A stretch of DNA of 41,923 nucleotides from the IMG/VR virus record IMGVR_UViG_3300046318_000548, positions 1 to 41,923 of that record. One strand, written 5' to 3'. The notes below the pieces were generated by a model. The model worked only from the letters and a program-made list of their open reading frames with translations, was not told the DNA's origin and searched no databases. The first letter of the stretch is position 1. Every line of letters starts with the position of its first letter. Shown here one piece after another: positions 28,689 through 38,500 of the stretch. Made by a program: the position numbers and the translations under genes. This DNA is from a virus (lineage: Duplodnaviria > Caudoviricetes).

Positions 28689-29657
28689 ATGTATAAGGAA
28701 ATACCAAAATCGGATATTATAGTAAGACCAATACGCGTTTACAAAGAATGGAGTTTGGATGAAAATGATATTCAACCAATATTTGGAGAGAATGTAACCG
28801 ATTCTTTATTTGATGCCGATACTGCTGAAAAAAGTGGTGGGTTCTATAAAAGATTAGTCTATGATTCTACCAAAGCACAATTCTATAATAACCCAGCAAC
28901 TTCATCAATTATTACCGAAGTTGGTTTAAGAAAATCGTATGCTTCAACTGATGAAAGAATAATTGAAGATGAAATTGTAGTATTCCCAATTGCTCAATCA
29001 CAATATGGTGAAGGTATAAAGATTGGTAGTGTTGTATTATTGGATGATGATACTGGTAGAACATATACCGATGATAAACATTCAAACTTAATTGATTCTG
29101 GCAGTAATATTAAGGGTAATATATTTTATGATTTGGGTTTAGTTGTAGTAACTAAAGATATTGTTTCTGGTTCAAACTTTAATACATTTAGATTGGATTT
29201 TCGTTCTACAAAAACAATATACGAAAATGAAGTGTTTATATCGGTATTAGAAAACGAATACAATTATTCACAAAATCCATCTGCGTATTATGAAGATGGT
29301 GCACGTGTAAATACAATTTCAGTAACTAGCCCATATGATATATACGGAACTACTAAATTTAATAAAACAATATATTCGCCGGGTATAAAATATGTAAAAA
29401 ACAAATATACGGCAGTTGATGGTACTGAATTGGATTTTAGAATCCCATCTGCAATAAACCCAACAATAAAAGCTGGATTTGCCGATTATGATGAAATGTC
29501 TGCAACTGATTTGACAGGTTCGTATCTGGCACCATATATAACTACTATTGGTTTATATGACGAAGATTTGGATATGGTAGCAGTTGCAAAATTACCCCAA
29601 CCAATAAAGTCATTACCAGATTACCCGGTAAACTTTATTATTCGTTTTGATACTTAA
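28689..29657 (+). CDS. Tail structural protein (paralog of 27360-28604)
   Basis: GNIFYDLGLVVV, EYNYSQNPS and PYITTIGLYD...MVAVAKLPQPIK...NFIIRFDT. Confidence 0.6.
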   Translation: MYKEIPKSDIIVRPIRVYKEWSLDENDIQPIFGENVTDSLFDADTAEKSGGFYKRLVYDSTKAQFYNNPATSSIITEVGLRKSYASTDERIIEDEIVVFPIAQSQYGEGIKIGSVVLLDDDTGRTYTDDKHSNLIDSGSNIKGNIFYDLGLVVVTKDIVSGSNFNTFRLDFRSTKTIYENEVFISVLENEYNYSQNPSAYYEDGARVNTISVTSPYDIYGTTKFNKTIYSPGIKYVKNKYTAVDGTELDFRIPSAINPTIKAGFADYDEMSATDLTGSYLAPYITTIGLYDEDLDMVAVAKLPQPIKSLPDYPVNFIIRFDT

Positions 29658-29671
29658 AAGAGTTTTAATCT

Positions 29672-29680
29672 ATATTTATA
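29672..29680 (+). promoter_or_regulatory. Candidate phage late promoter ATATTTATA
   Basis: Recurrent motif 15 nt before ATG 29696. Confidence 0.55.
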
Positions 29681-29695
29681 TTAAACAAAAGTAAA

Positions 29696-29887
29696 ATGGC
29701 ATCAATTATAGAAATGTACGAAAAATCTGCTCCAAAGACTAGTACTGCTAATCTTAAAGGAAAAGATAAAACACAAATTGAACCAGATGGCGGTTTGAAT
29801 TTAGCAACTGATGAAACTAAATTGAAAAAAGCTAGAGGTGGTGTGTTAAATAGTAAAATGTATTCGGATACTTTCAAAAAGAAGTAA
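29696..29887 (+). CDS. Small basic hypothetical protein
   Basis: 63 aa, Lys-rich, preceded by the promoter motif and abutting the next ATG. Confidence 0.55.
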   Translation: MASIIEMYEKSAPKTSTANLKGKDKTQIEPDGGLNLATDETKLKKARGGVLNSKMYSDTFKKK

Positions 29888-29888
29888 A

Positions 29889-30296
29889 ATGAGTTGGTTA
29901 CATGAGGGAAATATTGTTACGGAAGAACACGTACCTATTGGTGCGGTGGGATTCGTATATAAAATAATTCACACTCCAACTGGCCGATATTATATAGGTA
30001 AGAAATCACTTACATCAACTAGAAAGTTAGCACCACTCAAAGGACAAAAAAGAAAAAGGACAGTAACCAAATCTTCAGATTGGGAAAAATACTATTCTTC
30101 AAACGATTGGATTAAAGAACAAGTAAAGGAAGGTAAAGCTGATGAATTCAGTAGAGAAATCATTCAATACTGCTTCTCTAAAAAATCATTAACATATTAC
30201 GAAATCTATTGGCAATTTCAATACAATGTTCTTGCGGATGATAATGCAATAAACGAAAACCTAATGGGTAAATTCTATCGTAGGGATTTACTATAA
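29889..30296 (+). CDS. GIY-YIG family nuclease (single domain)
   Basis: GFVYKIIHTPTGRYYIGKK, SDWEKYYSS, FSREII, LTYYE and N.N.MG.FY. Confidence 0.75.
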   Translation: MSWLHEGNIVTEEHVPIGAVGFVYKIIHTPTGRYYIGKKSLTSTRKLAPLKGQKRKRTVTKSSDWEKYYSSNDWIKEQVKEGKADEFSREIIQYCFSKKSLTYYEIYWQFQYNVLADDNAINENLMGKFYRRDLL

Positions 30297-30307
30297 ACAA
30301 AAAAGTT

Positions 30308-30508
30308 ATGACAATACCTGAAATCTCAAAAAAGTACGGAATCTCCGAAGCATATCTAAATTCAAAAGATGATGCATTATCAATTGCAGCTGCATCTTTA
30401 ATAGACCTAAAGGGTATGTTAGAACAAAATCAACCAAAACCCGCTATTGCAGATAAAATGCAATTTTTAGCAGATTTTTTAAGAGACGTAAAAAATTCTA
30501 CATACTAA
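30308..30508 (+). CDS. Small hypothetical protein, possible HTH
   Basis: MTIPEISKKYGISEAYL resembles an HTH start. Confidence 0.5.
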   Translation: MTIPEISKKYGISEAYLNSKDDALSIAAASLIDLKGMLEQNQPKPAIADKMQFLADFLRDVKNSTY

Positions 30509-30540
30509 TTTGGAATTGTAAAATAATCTTTGTATATTTG
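30509..30540 (+). promoter_or_regulatory. Bacteroidota sigma-A-type (early/middle) promoter
   Basis: TTTG (30509-30512)-N20-TATATTTG (30533-30540), an exact match to the -33/-7 consensus, upstream of the primase. Confidence 0.75.
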
Positions 30541-30559
30541 TGAGATTATATTCCAAAGT

Positions 30560-31498
30560 ATGCTATCTGGTAAAAATAAGATTGTAGTTATATCGATTTT
30601 AGACACAACGCTTGGTGTTGGTTCATCTCTCAAAGGAAATGAGCAACAACACCATTGCCCATTCTGCCATCATCATAAAAAGAAACTACAAGTGAATTTA
30701 GATACACAACAATGGCATTGTTGGGTGTGTAACTCTAAAGGCCGTTCTATTGCATCTCTTCTTCGTAAACTAAATGTTGATAAAAGAGATTTAGATAGAT
30801 TACATAAAATTTATGGAGATGAACCCGCATATTCACCAACCGATGAGTATGTAATAAAATTGCAATTACCAAAAGAATTCAAACAATTACATTTCAAACC
30901 ATCTGGTTCATTTAATCCAATCTACAACAAAGCAATTCATTATCTATCTCAAAGAGGTATAAAGGATTCGGAAATTGTAAAGTACAATATTGGATATTGT
31001 GAGGATGGATTATATGGTGGTAGAATTATTATACCATCTTATGATGAAAATGGTGAATTAAACTATTTTATTGCTCGTTCTTTTTATGAGGATTCCACAA
31101 TGAAATATAAAAACCCACCGGTAAATAGAGATGTGATTGTGTTTGAAAATCAAATCAATTGGAATGAACCTATCACATTAGTTGAGGGAGCATTTGATGC
31201 ATTCTCCGTAAAGAGAAATGTAATTCCTTTATTGGGTAAGTTTCTATTAAGTAAATTAAAAAATAAGATTTTTGAAAAAGGTGTAAAAGAAATCACCATA
31301 ATGTTAGATTCAGATGCTATTGAAGATTCCACAAAGCATACTGATTATTTTATGAAAAACGGAATCAAAGTTAAGAACATAATACCCAATGGTAAAGATG
31401 CCGGAGAATTGGGATATGATAAAGTAAATAACCTAATCAAATCAGCAGAGGAAACTGGTTGGGATACAAACATCCTAGCTAAATTAAACAATCTATGA
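30560..31498 (+). CDS. DnaG-type phage DNA primase
   Basis: Zn-binding CPFC..H...WHCWVC; YL..RGI, Y.IGYC, GRIIIP, KYKNP; TOPRIM LVEGAFDA and MLDSDA. The start is probably ATG 30560 because TTG 30530 lies inside the promoter. Confidence 0.88.
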   Translation: MLSGKNKIVVISILDTTLGVGSSLKGNEQQHHCPFCHHHKKKLQVNLDTQQWHCWVCNSKGRSIASLLRKLNVDKRDLDRLHKIYGDEPAYSPTDEYVIKLQLPKEFKQLHFKPSGSFNPIYNKAIHYLSQRGIKDSEIVKYNIGYCEDGLYGGRIIIPSYDENGELNYFIARSFYEDSTMKYKNPPVNRDVIVFENQINWNEPITLVEGAFDAFSVKRNVIPLLGKFLLSKLKNKIFEKGVKEITIMLDSDAIEDSTKHTDYFMKNGIKVKNIIPNGKDAGELGYDKVNNLIKSAEETGWDTNILAKLNNL

Positions 31499-34400
31499 GT
31501 GTAAAAAGAATTTACCACATTGCCGATGTACATATCCGTAATGTAAAAAGACATAATGAATATCGTCAAGTATTTGAAAAAATGTTTGAAGAGATTCGTA
31601 AAAGAGGAACTGAAGATTCCATCATTTATTTAGCCGGAGATATTGCTCACGCTAAATTAGAATTATCACCTGAATTAGTTAGAGAGATAAGTTGGTTATT
31701 CACCGAATGTGCAAAACATTGTGAAACTATTCTTATTGCAGGTAATCACGATTGTAATATGAACAATAGTGATAGATTGGATGTTTTGACTCCAATTGTA
31801 GAAGCATTGAACTTAGATAACTTTCACTACTTAAAAGATACGCAAGTATATTCAATAGGTGGGATTGATTTTTCAGTATTTTCTATTTTTGATAAGAGAG
31901 ATAATTGGATTACAGCAGATAAACTATTTGGTAATAAAAAGATTGCCCTATTTCACGGACCATTAGATACTTCCACAACCGATGTGGGATATGTGGTAAG
32001 TAGTAGACATTTTACACCCGATATTTTTGATGGGTTTGATTTAGCATTATTAGGTGATATCCATAAAAGACAGGAAATCATTTCTCCAATGGGATGTAAG
32101 ATTGTATATGCCGGTTCGTTGGTACAACAAAACTTTGGAGAGAGTTTAGATAAGCACGGATTTTTAGTTTGGAATATAGATACTCTAACTTACGAAGAAG
32201 TAGATATCCAAAACGAATATGGATACTATACTATGAATGTGGATAATGGTATTGTACCCGATGTAACGGATATGCCATTAAAACCTCGTTTGAGAGTTAA
32301 GCTATCCAACACCGATACTGCGGATACTAAAAGAGTTGTGACAGAAATCAAACAAAAATACAATGTAGAAGATTTCACCATTATCAGAACGGACTCATTC
32401 TCAAAGAGTAAGACAGGTAATAGAGCAACCAAATTAGATTTCGAAGATATATCCGATATAAACCATCAGAACTCCCTTATCGTGGATTATGTCAAACGAA
32501 TGATGCCATATACTACCGAAGAAGATTTGAAGGGCTTAGAAACGATAAATAGAGATGTTAATAGTAGAATTGTAACCGAAGATATTCATAGAAACATTCA
32601 TTGGAAACCCGTAAAGTTTGAGTTTAGTAATATGTTCTCTTATGGGGAAGATAACGTAATCAACTTCGATAAGGTGGGTGGATTAATGGGATTATTCGCA
32701 CCAAACGCAGCAGGTAAATCATCATTGTTTGATGCCATCTCATTCTGTCTATTTGATAAATGTAGTAGAGCATTCAAAGCAGCAAATATTCTAAACAATC
32801 GTAAGGATACATTTAGTTGTAAATTAGAAATTGAGATTGATGGGGTACGATACTTTATCCAAAGAGATGCAAAGACAGTTAGTAAGGGTAAGAGTGTTAA
32901 GGTGGATGTTCAATTTTGGAAAGAGGATGGTGGTAATACCGAAGTTCTAAACGGAACGGAACGTAGAGATACCAACAATATCATTGAACAATACGTTGGT
33001 AGATATGAGGATTTTGTATTAACTGCCTTATCATTGCAGGGAAATAATGCATTATTCATTGATAAATCTCAAACGGAGAGAAAAGAATTACTTTCTCAAT
33101 TTATGGGATTGACTGTATTTGATAAATTGTATGAAACGGCAAATGAGGATATTAAAGAAGTAACAACACTTATCAGAAATTTTAAGAGGACCGACTTTAC
33201 TTCCGAATTAGCAACAAAGCAAGATGAGTTAAAACAAAAAAAAGAAGAGTTTGATATATTAAGTGCTGGGTTAAAATTATTAGAAGGTGAAAAAGAAGAT
33301 TATGAAAATCAAATTGTAGAGTTATCCAAACAATTGACACCAATGGATGGTAACTTAAACATTGATGATTTGAATATCCGTAAATCTAGCCTAACAATAA
33401 ATGTTGATGGTAATAAAAAACTAATTGGTGAAAAGAAAATTAAATTAGAAGAGTATGATGCTTCATTAGTTACTATGAAACAAACTATTGAAGAAAATAG
33501 TTCATATGGTGATAAAACAATTGAAGAAGCATATACGGAGTTTACTAGTCTACAACAAACTTATACATCATCATTGCATAGTATTGAAAAACTTACTATC
33601 ACATTAAATGCTAATAAAGAAAAGTTATCTCATTTAGAAAAGCACGAATATGACCCAAATTGTAAGTTTTGTATGAACAATGTATTCGTAAAAGATGCAA
33701 ATGAAACAAAACAAATTGTAGATGAGCAATTAGTAGTATTAGAAGAATTAGAAAGAGGTAATCGTAAGATAGTATCTCGTTTAGATGGGTTGAGTGATGT
33801 TAAACAAAAGTACGATGATTGGAAATCTCTAAAAGATAGATACGAAAAAGGTAAAGGAGTAAGAGATAAATTGGAGTTAGAAATTGGACAAATGGAAACT
33901 CAACTATCATTATACGAAACTCAATTAGAATCGGTTGAAGGTGATATTCAACGATATAATGATAATGTTGAAACTATTTCTAACAACAAAAAAATAGAAA
34001 AAGATATTGTTTCTTATAGAGGATTAAAAACTGCCAAAGAAAGTGAAATTGAATCTACAAATAAAAAGTTAATGAAGATTTCATCGGAAACTGGTTCTAT
34101 CAATTCTTTTATTAAAGAAATGAAAGCCAAAATGGCAGAAGTTAAAGAACTAGAAACAAAGAATCAGTTATACACATTCTATTTAGATGCCGTTAAGAAA
34201 GATGGTATTCCTTATGAGTTGATTACAAAAGCATTACCAGTAATTGAGGAAGAGATTAACAACATATTAGGGCAGGTTGTTGATTTTGGAATTATGATGG
34301 ATACGGATGGTAAAAACATAAACGCTAAAATTGTTTATGAAGACCAGGCGTGGGCATTGGAAATGTGTAGTGGTATGGAAAAATTTGTTAGTGGGTTAGC

Positions 34401-34638
34401 AATTAGAGTTGCTCTTATTAACATATGTAACCTACCTCGTCCAAACTTTTTAGTAATTGATGAAGGATTTGGAACATTGGATAGTGATAACCTTTCATCT
34501 TTATTTATGATGATGCAATATCTTAAAACTCAATTTGATTTCATTTGGATGATTTCACATTTAGAGCAAATGCGAGATATTGTAGATGGGTTAATTGAAA
34601 TCAAAAAGGATAATGGTTTCAGTAAAATTAATTTTTAA
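31495..34638 (+). CDS. Fused Mre11/SbcD nuclease-Rad50/SbcC ATPase (gp47-gp46-like)
   Basis: Metallophosphoesterase motifs ADVH, AGDIAH, AGNHD, FHG, LGDIH; Walker A APNAAGKSS; Q-loop SLQG; coiled coil with Zn-hook CKFC; signature CSGMEK; Walker B VIDEGFGTLD; ISH. Confidence 0.92.
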   Translation: MSVKRIYHIADVHIRNVKRHNEYRQVFEKMFEEIRKRGTEDSIIYLAGDIAHAKLELSPELVREISWLFTECAKHCETILIAGNHDCNMNNSDRLDVLTPIVEALNLDNFHYLKDTQVYSIGGIDFSVFSIFDKRDNWITADKLFGNKKIALFHGPLDTSTTDVGYVVSSRHFTPDIFDGFDLALLGDIHKRQEIISPMGCKIVYAGSLVQQNFGESLDKHGFLVWNIDTLTYEEVDIQNEYGYYTMNVDNGIVPDVTDMPLKPRLRVKLSNTDTADTKRVVTEIKQKYNVEDFTIIRTDSFSKSKTGNRATKLDFEDISDINHQNSLIVDYVKRMMPYTTEEDLKGLETINRDVNSRIVTEDIHRNIHWKPVKFEFSNMFSYGEDNVINFDKVGGLMGLFAPNAAGKSSLFDAISFCLFDKCSRAFKAANILNNRKDTFSCKLEIEIDGVRYFIQRDAKTVSKGKSVKVDVQFWKEDGGNTEVLNGTERRDTNNIIEQYVGRYEDFVLTALSLQGNNALFIDKSQTERKELLSQFMGLTVFDKLYETANEDIKEVTTLIRNFKRTDFTSELATKQDELKQKKEEFDILSAGLKLLEGEKEDYENQIVELSKQLTPMDGNLNIDDLNIRKSSLTINVDGNKKLIGEKKIKLEEYDASLVTMKQTIEENSSYGDKTIEEAYTEFTSLQQTYTSSLHSIEKLTITLNANKEKLSHLEKHEYDPNCKFCMNNVFVKDANETKQIVDEQLVVLEELERGNRKIVSRLDGLSDVKQKYDDWKSLKDRYEKGKGVRDKLELEIGQMETQLSLYETQLESVEGDIQRYNDNVETISNNKKIEKDIVSYRGLKTAKESEIESTNKKLMKISSETGSINSFIKEMKAKMAEVKELETKNQLYTFYLDAVKKDGIPYELITKALPVIEEEINNILGQVVDFGIMMDTDGKNINAKIVYEDQAWALEMCSGMEKFVSGLAIRVALINICNLPRPNFLVIDEGFGTLDSDNLSSLFMMMQYLKTQFDFIWMISHLEQMRDIVDGLIEIKKDNGFSKINF

Positions 34639-34798
34639 TAGATGGTAATACATTTTTTGGTTGAGGTTTTGATGTTTGGATTTTTTCCTTTATCAGAGCT
34701 TCAACCAAACCATTTAATTTGTATCCTTTCTCTTTGCAAAATTCCTTTAACATAAGATGCACATCGGCATCAATTTGTATCATAGCGTATTTTTTCAT
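34628..34798 (-). CDS. Ribbon-helix-helix-like DNA-binding protein, 56 aa (not in ORF track)
   Basis: Translated by hand: MKKYAMIQIDADVHLMLKEFCKEKGYKLNGLVEALIKEKIQTSKPQPKNVLPSIKN*. Strand-helix-G-helix pattern; starts 2 nt after the stop of 34801-35475. Confidence 0.7.
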   Translation of the reverse strand: MKKYAMIQIDADVHLMLKEFCKEKGYKLNGLVEALIKEKIQTSKPQPKNVLPSIKN

Positions 34799-34800
34799 AA

Positions 34801-35475
34801 TTATTTTGTAGTATATTCTAATTCGTGCGTAAGCATTCCTCGTAGTGATGTTTTAATTGGTACTCTAAATATTGAAATGTTGGACGATTCCAAATGTTGT
34901 TTTAGTAAACTTTCAGGATGTACAACACCCAATATTTCAATATATGATAAAAGATAATCAAATGTGTTACAATAATAATCCATACTAATTGAATCACCAT
35001 ATGCAAACAAATCGTTGTATCCACCACGATGGTCCCAACCTATGGGAATATGTATAGAGTTTTCTCTTTGTTTTAATTCAAATGATTCTAATATCTTTAT
35101 ATCAAATCTAGTTCTAATAACAACATCATACTTAAAACCAAAACGATTTTCATAATCGGCTTTTAATTGATTTGCAAACTTTACACCACCCCACATTGAA
35201 AATAATGAATTGGTATTTACTTCTGGGTGTTTTGGATATTTGTTTGCTATATCTAAAATTGGATACAACTCGTTTGGTACTTTTTGAAAGTTAATTGCCT
35301 TTGGTTTATACAACTCAATCAATTCCTGCATTGTGGTATCTACTTCATATTCGTTATCATACCAATAGTTTATGAAAATATCTACATCGTATTTTTCCAA
35401 TAGATTTAATTGTAAATAATCAAAACATTCTCTACCATCTCTAAACTTACCAGATAGTATTAAGGCAACTTTCAT
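34801..35475 (-). CDS. Putative glycosyltransferase-like protein (YDxVIRxRxD family)
   Basis: MKVALILSG..R, VDIFI..W, KYDVVIRTRFD, GYNDLFAYG...MD.Y and HPE.LL..HL. Rossmann-like start; the function is inferred. Confidence 0.5.
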   Translation of the reverse strand: MKVALILSGKFRDGRECFDYLQLNLLEKYDVDIFINYWYDNEYEVDTTMQELIELYKPKAINFQKVPNELYPILDIANKYPKHPEVNTNSLFSMWGGVKFANQLKADYENRFGFKYDVVIRTRFDIKILESFELKQRENSIHIPIGWDHRGGYNDLFAYGDSISMDYYCNTFDYLLSYIEILGVVHPESLLKQHLESSNISIFRVPIKTSLRGMLTHELEYTTK

Positions 35476-35480
35476 AACAA

Positions 35481-35510
35481 TTCTTTATATTTCTTTAGAT
35501 TTCTTTATAT
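35481..35510. repeat. Three tandem 10-bp direct repeats TTCTTTA(T/G)AT, candidate operator
   Basis: ttctttatat ttctttagat ttctttatat, between the minus-strand promoter motif and ATG 35475. Confidence 0.7.
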
Positions 35511-35516
35511 AAATAT
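35508..35516 (-). promoter_or_regulatory. Candidate phage late promoter ATATTTATA (minus strand)
   Basis: Reads TATAAATAT on the + strand, oriented toward the minus-strand operon. Confidence 0.55.
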
Positions 35517-35536
35517 GAAAATAAATAATTATCCTA

Positions 35537-35545
35537 ATATTTATT
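35537..35545 (+). promoter_or_regulatory. Candidate phage late promoter ATATTTATT
   Basis: Recurrent motif 22 nt before ATG 35568. Confidence 0.55.
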
Positions 35546-35567
35546 GTGAGAACTAATACTATTTTTA

Positions 35568-38500
35568 ATGGCAAGAATTAAAAAATTCGCGGAAAACTTA
35601 ACGCAACATCTTACTGATTTTCAAACATATATAAACGATACCAATCCAAATTCGGATTATTTTAGAATTAGTGAATTCAAAGAAACACTAACTGGTGGAA
35701 AGAACGGATTTCAAATAGAAGGTTCGGAACATCTTTTAGAATCGGTTGAGATAAAAATTGAAATTACGGATGTTGAGGGTAATCCAATTTATTATGAGCC
35801 AGGTGATGGTGTGCCGGAATACTATGAAGGTATATCAAAAATTGTATCAGTTCACATTTATGAGGATACTCCAATTGGAGAAGCTAAAATTACAATATTA
35901 GGTGAATTAAAAACCTATGTAGATGAAAATGGTATTGTAAGAAGAGTTCCACCGGAATGGCAAGGAATCTATAATGTAAAGTGGGAAAAAACATTTAAGG
36001 TAAATCGTTTACTTCCAAATACCGATAAAGTAAGATTATACAAAAGACCAAAGGTTAGTATTACTGAAGTAGTAAAACCATTGTTCTCAAATGTTGTAAC
36101 TGCAATAACAAAAACTGGTAATGTACAAGGTATTCCATTAGCTCCCGGTGAAAATGCAAAATTATCGGAGTTTTCATTACCATCAACTTATTTGTTAAGA
36201 ATAAAAGATAATACTGCATGGACAGGTTCTATTGTAGGTAGTACATTGACAGTTGGTGAATTGGGATATTCAACTGTTGTAGATGAGGTACTAAATAAAA
36301 CTGATATAATTGTAACCACACCATATACCGAAGGTGGATTAGTTAAATCATTTGATACTGGTGTATATACATCATCATTTGATTATTTAGAAGGATTAGA
36401 TAACTTAAAAACTGCATTAACTGGTTCATTCGCAAAAATAACACTTACCGATTTAACGTCGTTTGTTGGTGATGTGGCAAGGGTAAAGGTATTTCGTAAA
36501 TCACAATCCGATGTTTCAGATTTTCAGTTTGTACAAGAAATACAATTAGAATCAAATGAATTATTAGTAGATTTAGAAGCATTTACAAAGAATCAAGAAA
36601 ACTATGGTTTATTCACAACTGATATTATTAAAGATTATTGGGTAACATCTTCAAATAATTTAACTGCTACATTTAATCAAAGTTATTTATTTGAATCTGC
36701 AAAGTTAGATAGTGCAACTGGTGTTAATTCGTTCTTTACAACAAAATCAATAAACATTACAAAAGATGTTGAATATACATTAGATTTTAATGTTAGATTG
36801 GATAGTGCACAAATATCTAATAATGGATACATAAGAGTATATGTTAGTGGTTCTAGAACATCTATTGTAAATGGAGTACCAACTACGATTCAAGTAGAGC
36901 AAGATATATTGACATTAGAAGCTCAAAATGCAATTCTTCAAAAAAGAAATATTGTTCAAAATATTCAAGCGGAAGAAATTAGTAATGCTAGATTATATTT
37001 TGATGTAAAGGGGACTGGATGGTATATCAATAGTGTAAGTTTCAAAGCATCGCAAGAAACTGCATTTTCGCCGGATGAGATTACATTCATTCAACCCGTC
37101 CCTCGTAGTTTACCGGTAGAAACTTTTATCTATCGTTTTGAGTTCTATGATTTGAACAATAACTACATACCAATTTTAGTTGAGAAATCTAAAACATTTA
37201 ATGGTGGTAACTTACAAACAATTAGAAAAGAATTACGTTTAGTTCCATCTTCATTATATTTTCAGTTTGATTCTGGTTCTCAACCAGTTCCTCCAACTGT
37301 TATCAATATTGATGTTCAAAAAACTTTATTGACTGGTTCGGTAAACTATACATCACAATCTATTGATTTTTTTGGAAACATATTAAGTAGTTCCGATTAT
37401 CCATTGGGTGGATATCCTGGTTTGTTAAGTGATATAAATACGGATTCTCCATTCTTAACGGTTGCTAGTTTTACTGGTTCTCGTAGTGATGTAATTACTC
37501 AATATTTAGAAATTACCGGTGAGGTAGAAGGATTTACCGATACAATCGTTATTAGTAGAGTATTAGATGGTTTTGGTGGTGTAAATCATATAATTAGACC
37601 ATTTAGAGGAACTACAATACGAAATAGTAGTACACAAAGTTTAGAGATACAAGCAATAAGAATTGATGGTATAAATGAAATAACATTAAGTAGTACATCG
37701 CAACCAGCAAAAGGTTGGAATAATATTCAACTACACGTTCTTTCAGGTTCTAAATTTGTAAATCTAGCTTATGCATCCTCATCTGGGTTTGTAAAAGGGT
37801 TGAGTACTGGTTCATTGGGTAGTGGAGAAATAAACTACAATGCAACATTCAATAGAGATTCAATTGATAGTAGAGTTACTGTATATTTGATGCCATCTGG
37901 TTCAAATCCATCATCGGCATCGGTATTAACATCTATTGTTTTGGAAGATTTGCAAGATGGTTTGGATTCTGGTTTCATACAATATAGTAATGATACATTT
38001 ACAATCAATCCACGTTTAGAAAGTACATTTACACCGGTATCGTCTAGTGTAACTGCATCGTTTTACAAAAGAGGAACAACAACTAATGCTGCATCTGCAT
38101 CTTTAACAATATACCCATCAATGTCCTTAAATGTGGATTATGTGCCGGAATATTGGATGTATTATGTAACACATAGTTTTGACCCAACGATTACAATACT
38201 TGCTACTGATGATAATAAAAAAGTAGTTCCATCAACATTATATAATACATTTGTTGGAGTACCTGCATCACAAAGTAAAACATTAACTTTAACATTTACA
38301 TATACTGAACCATATACTTCGGCGTCTATAAATGTAGATAAAACATTTACAATAGTACCAGAGGGTAAGCCGGGTGATGAATCAATTATATTTGAAGTAA
38401 CTCCAGCCGCAGTTGCACTTAACTCAAATGCAAAAGGTATTGTATTAAATTATGCACCATCTGCAACCGAAGTTAAATTAAAGCAGGGTTCTAAATATTT

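Noticed and set aside
9791-29657. Bacterial extracellular contractile injection system or T6SS rather than phage
   Set aside because: Linked primase, Mre11-Rad50, homing endonuclease, S74 fibre and a dedicated promoter motif indicate a phage; no T6SS membrane complex or eCIS ATPase is present.
29665-29877. Minus-strand 70-aa ORF (likewise the + strand ORF 34757-34957)
   Set aside because: Each overlaps better-supported genes on the opposite strand.
30530-30559. TTG start for the primase
   Set aside because: Overlaps the -7 promoter box; ATG 30560 is more plausible.
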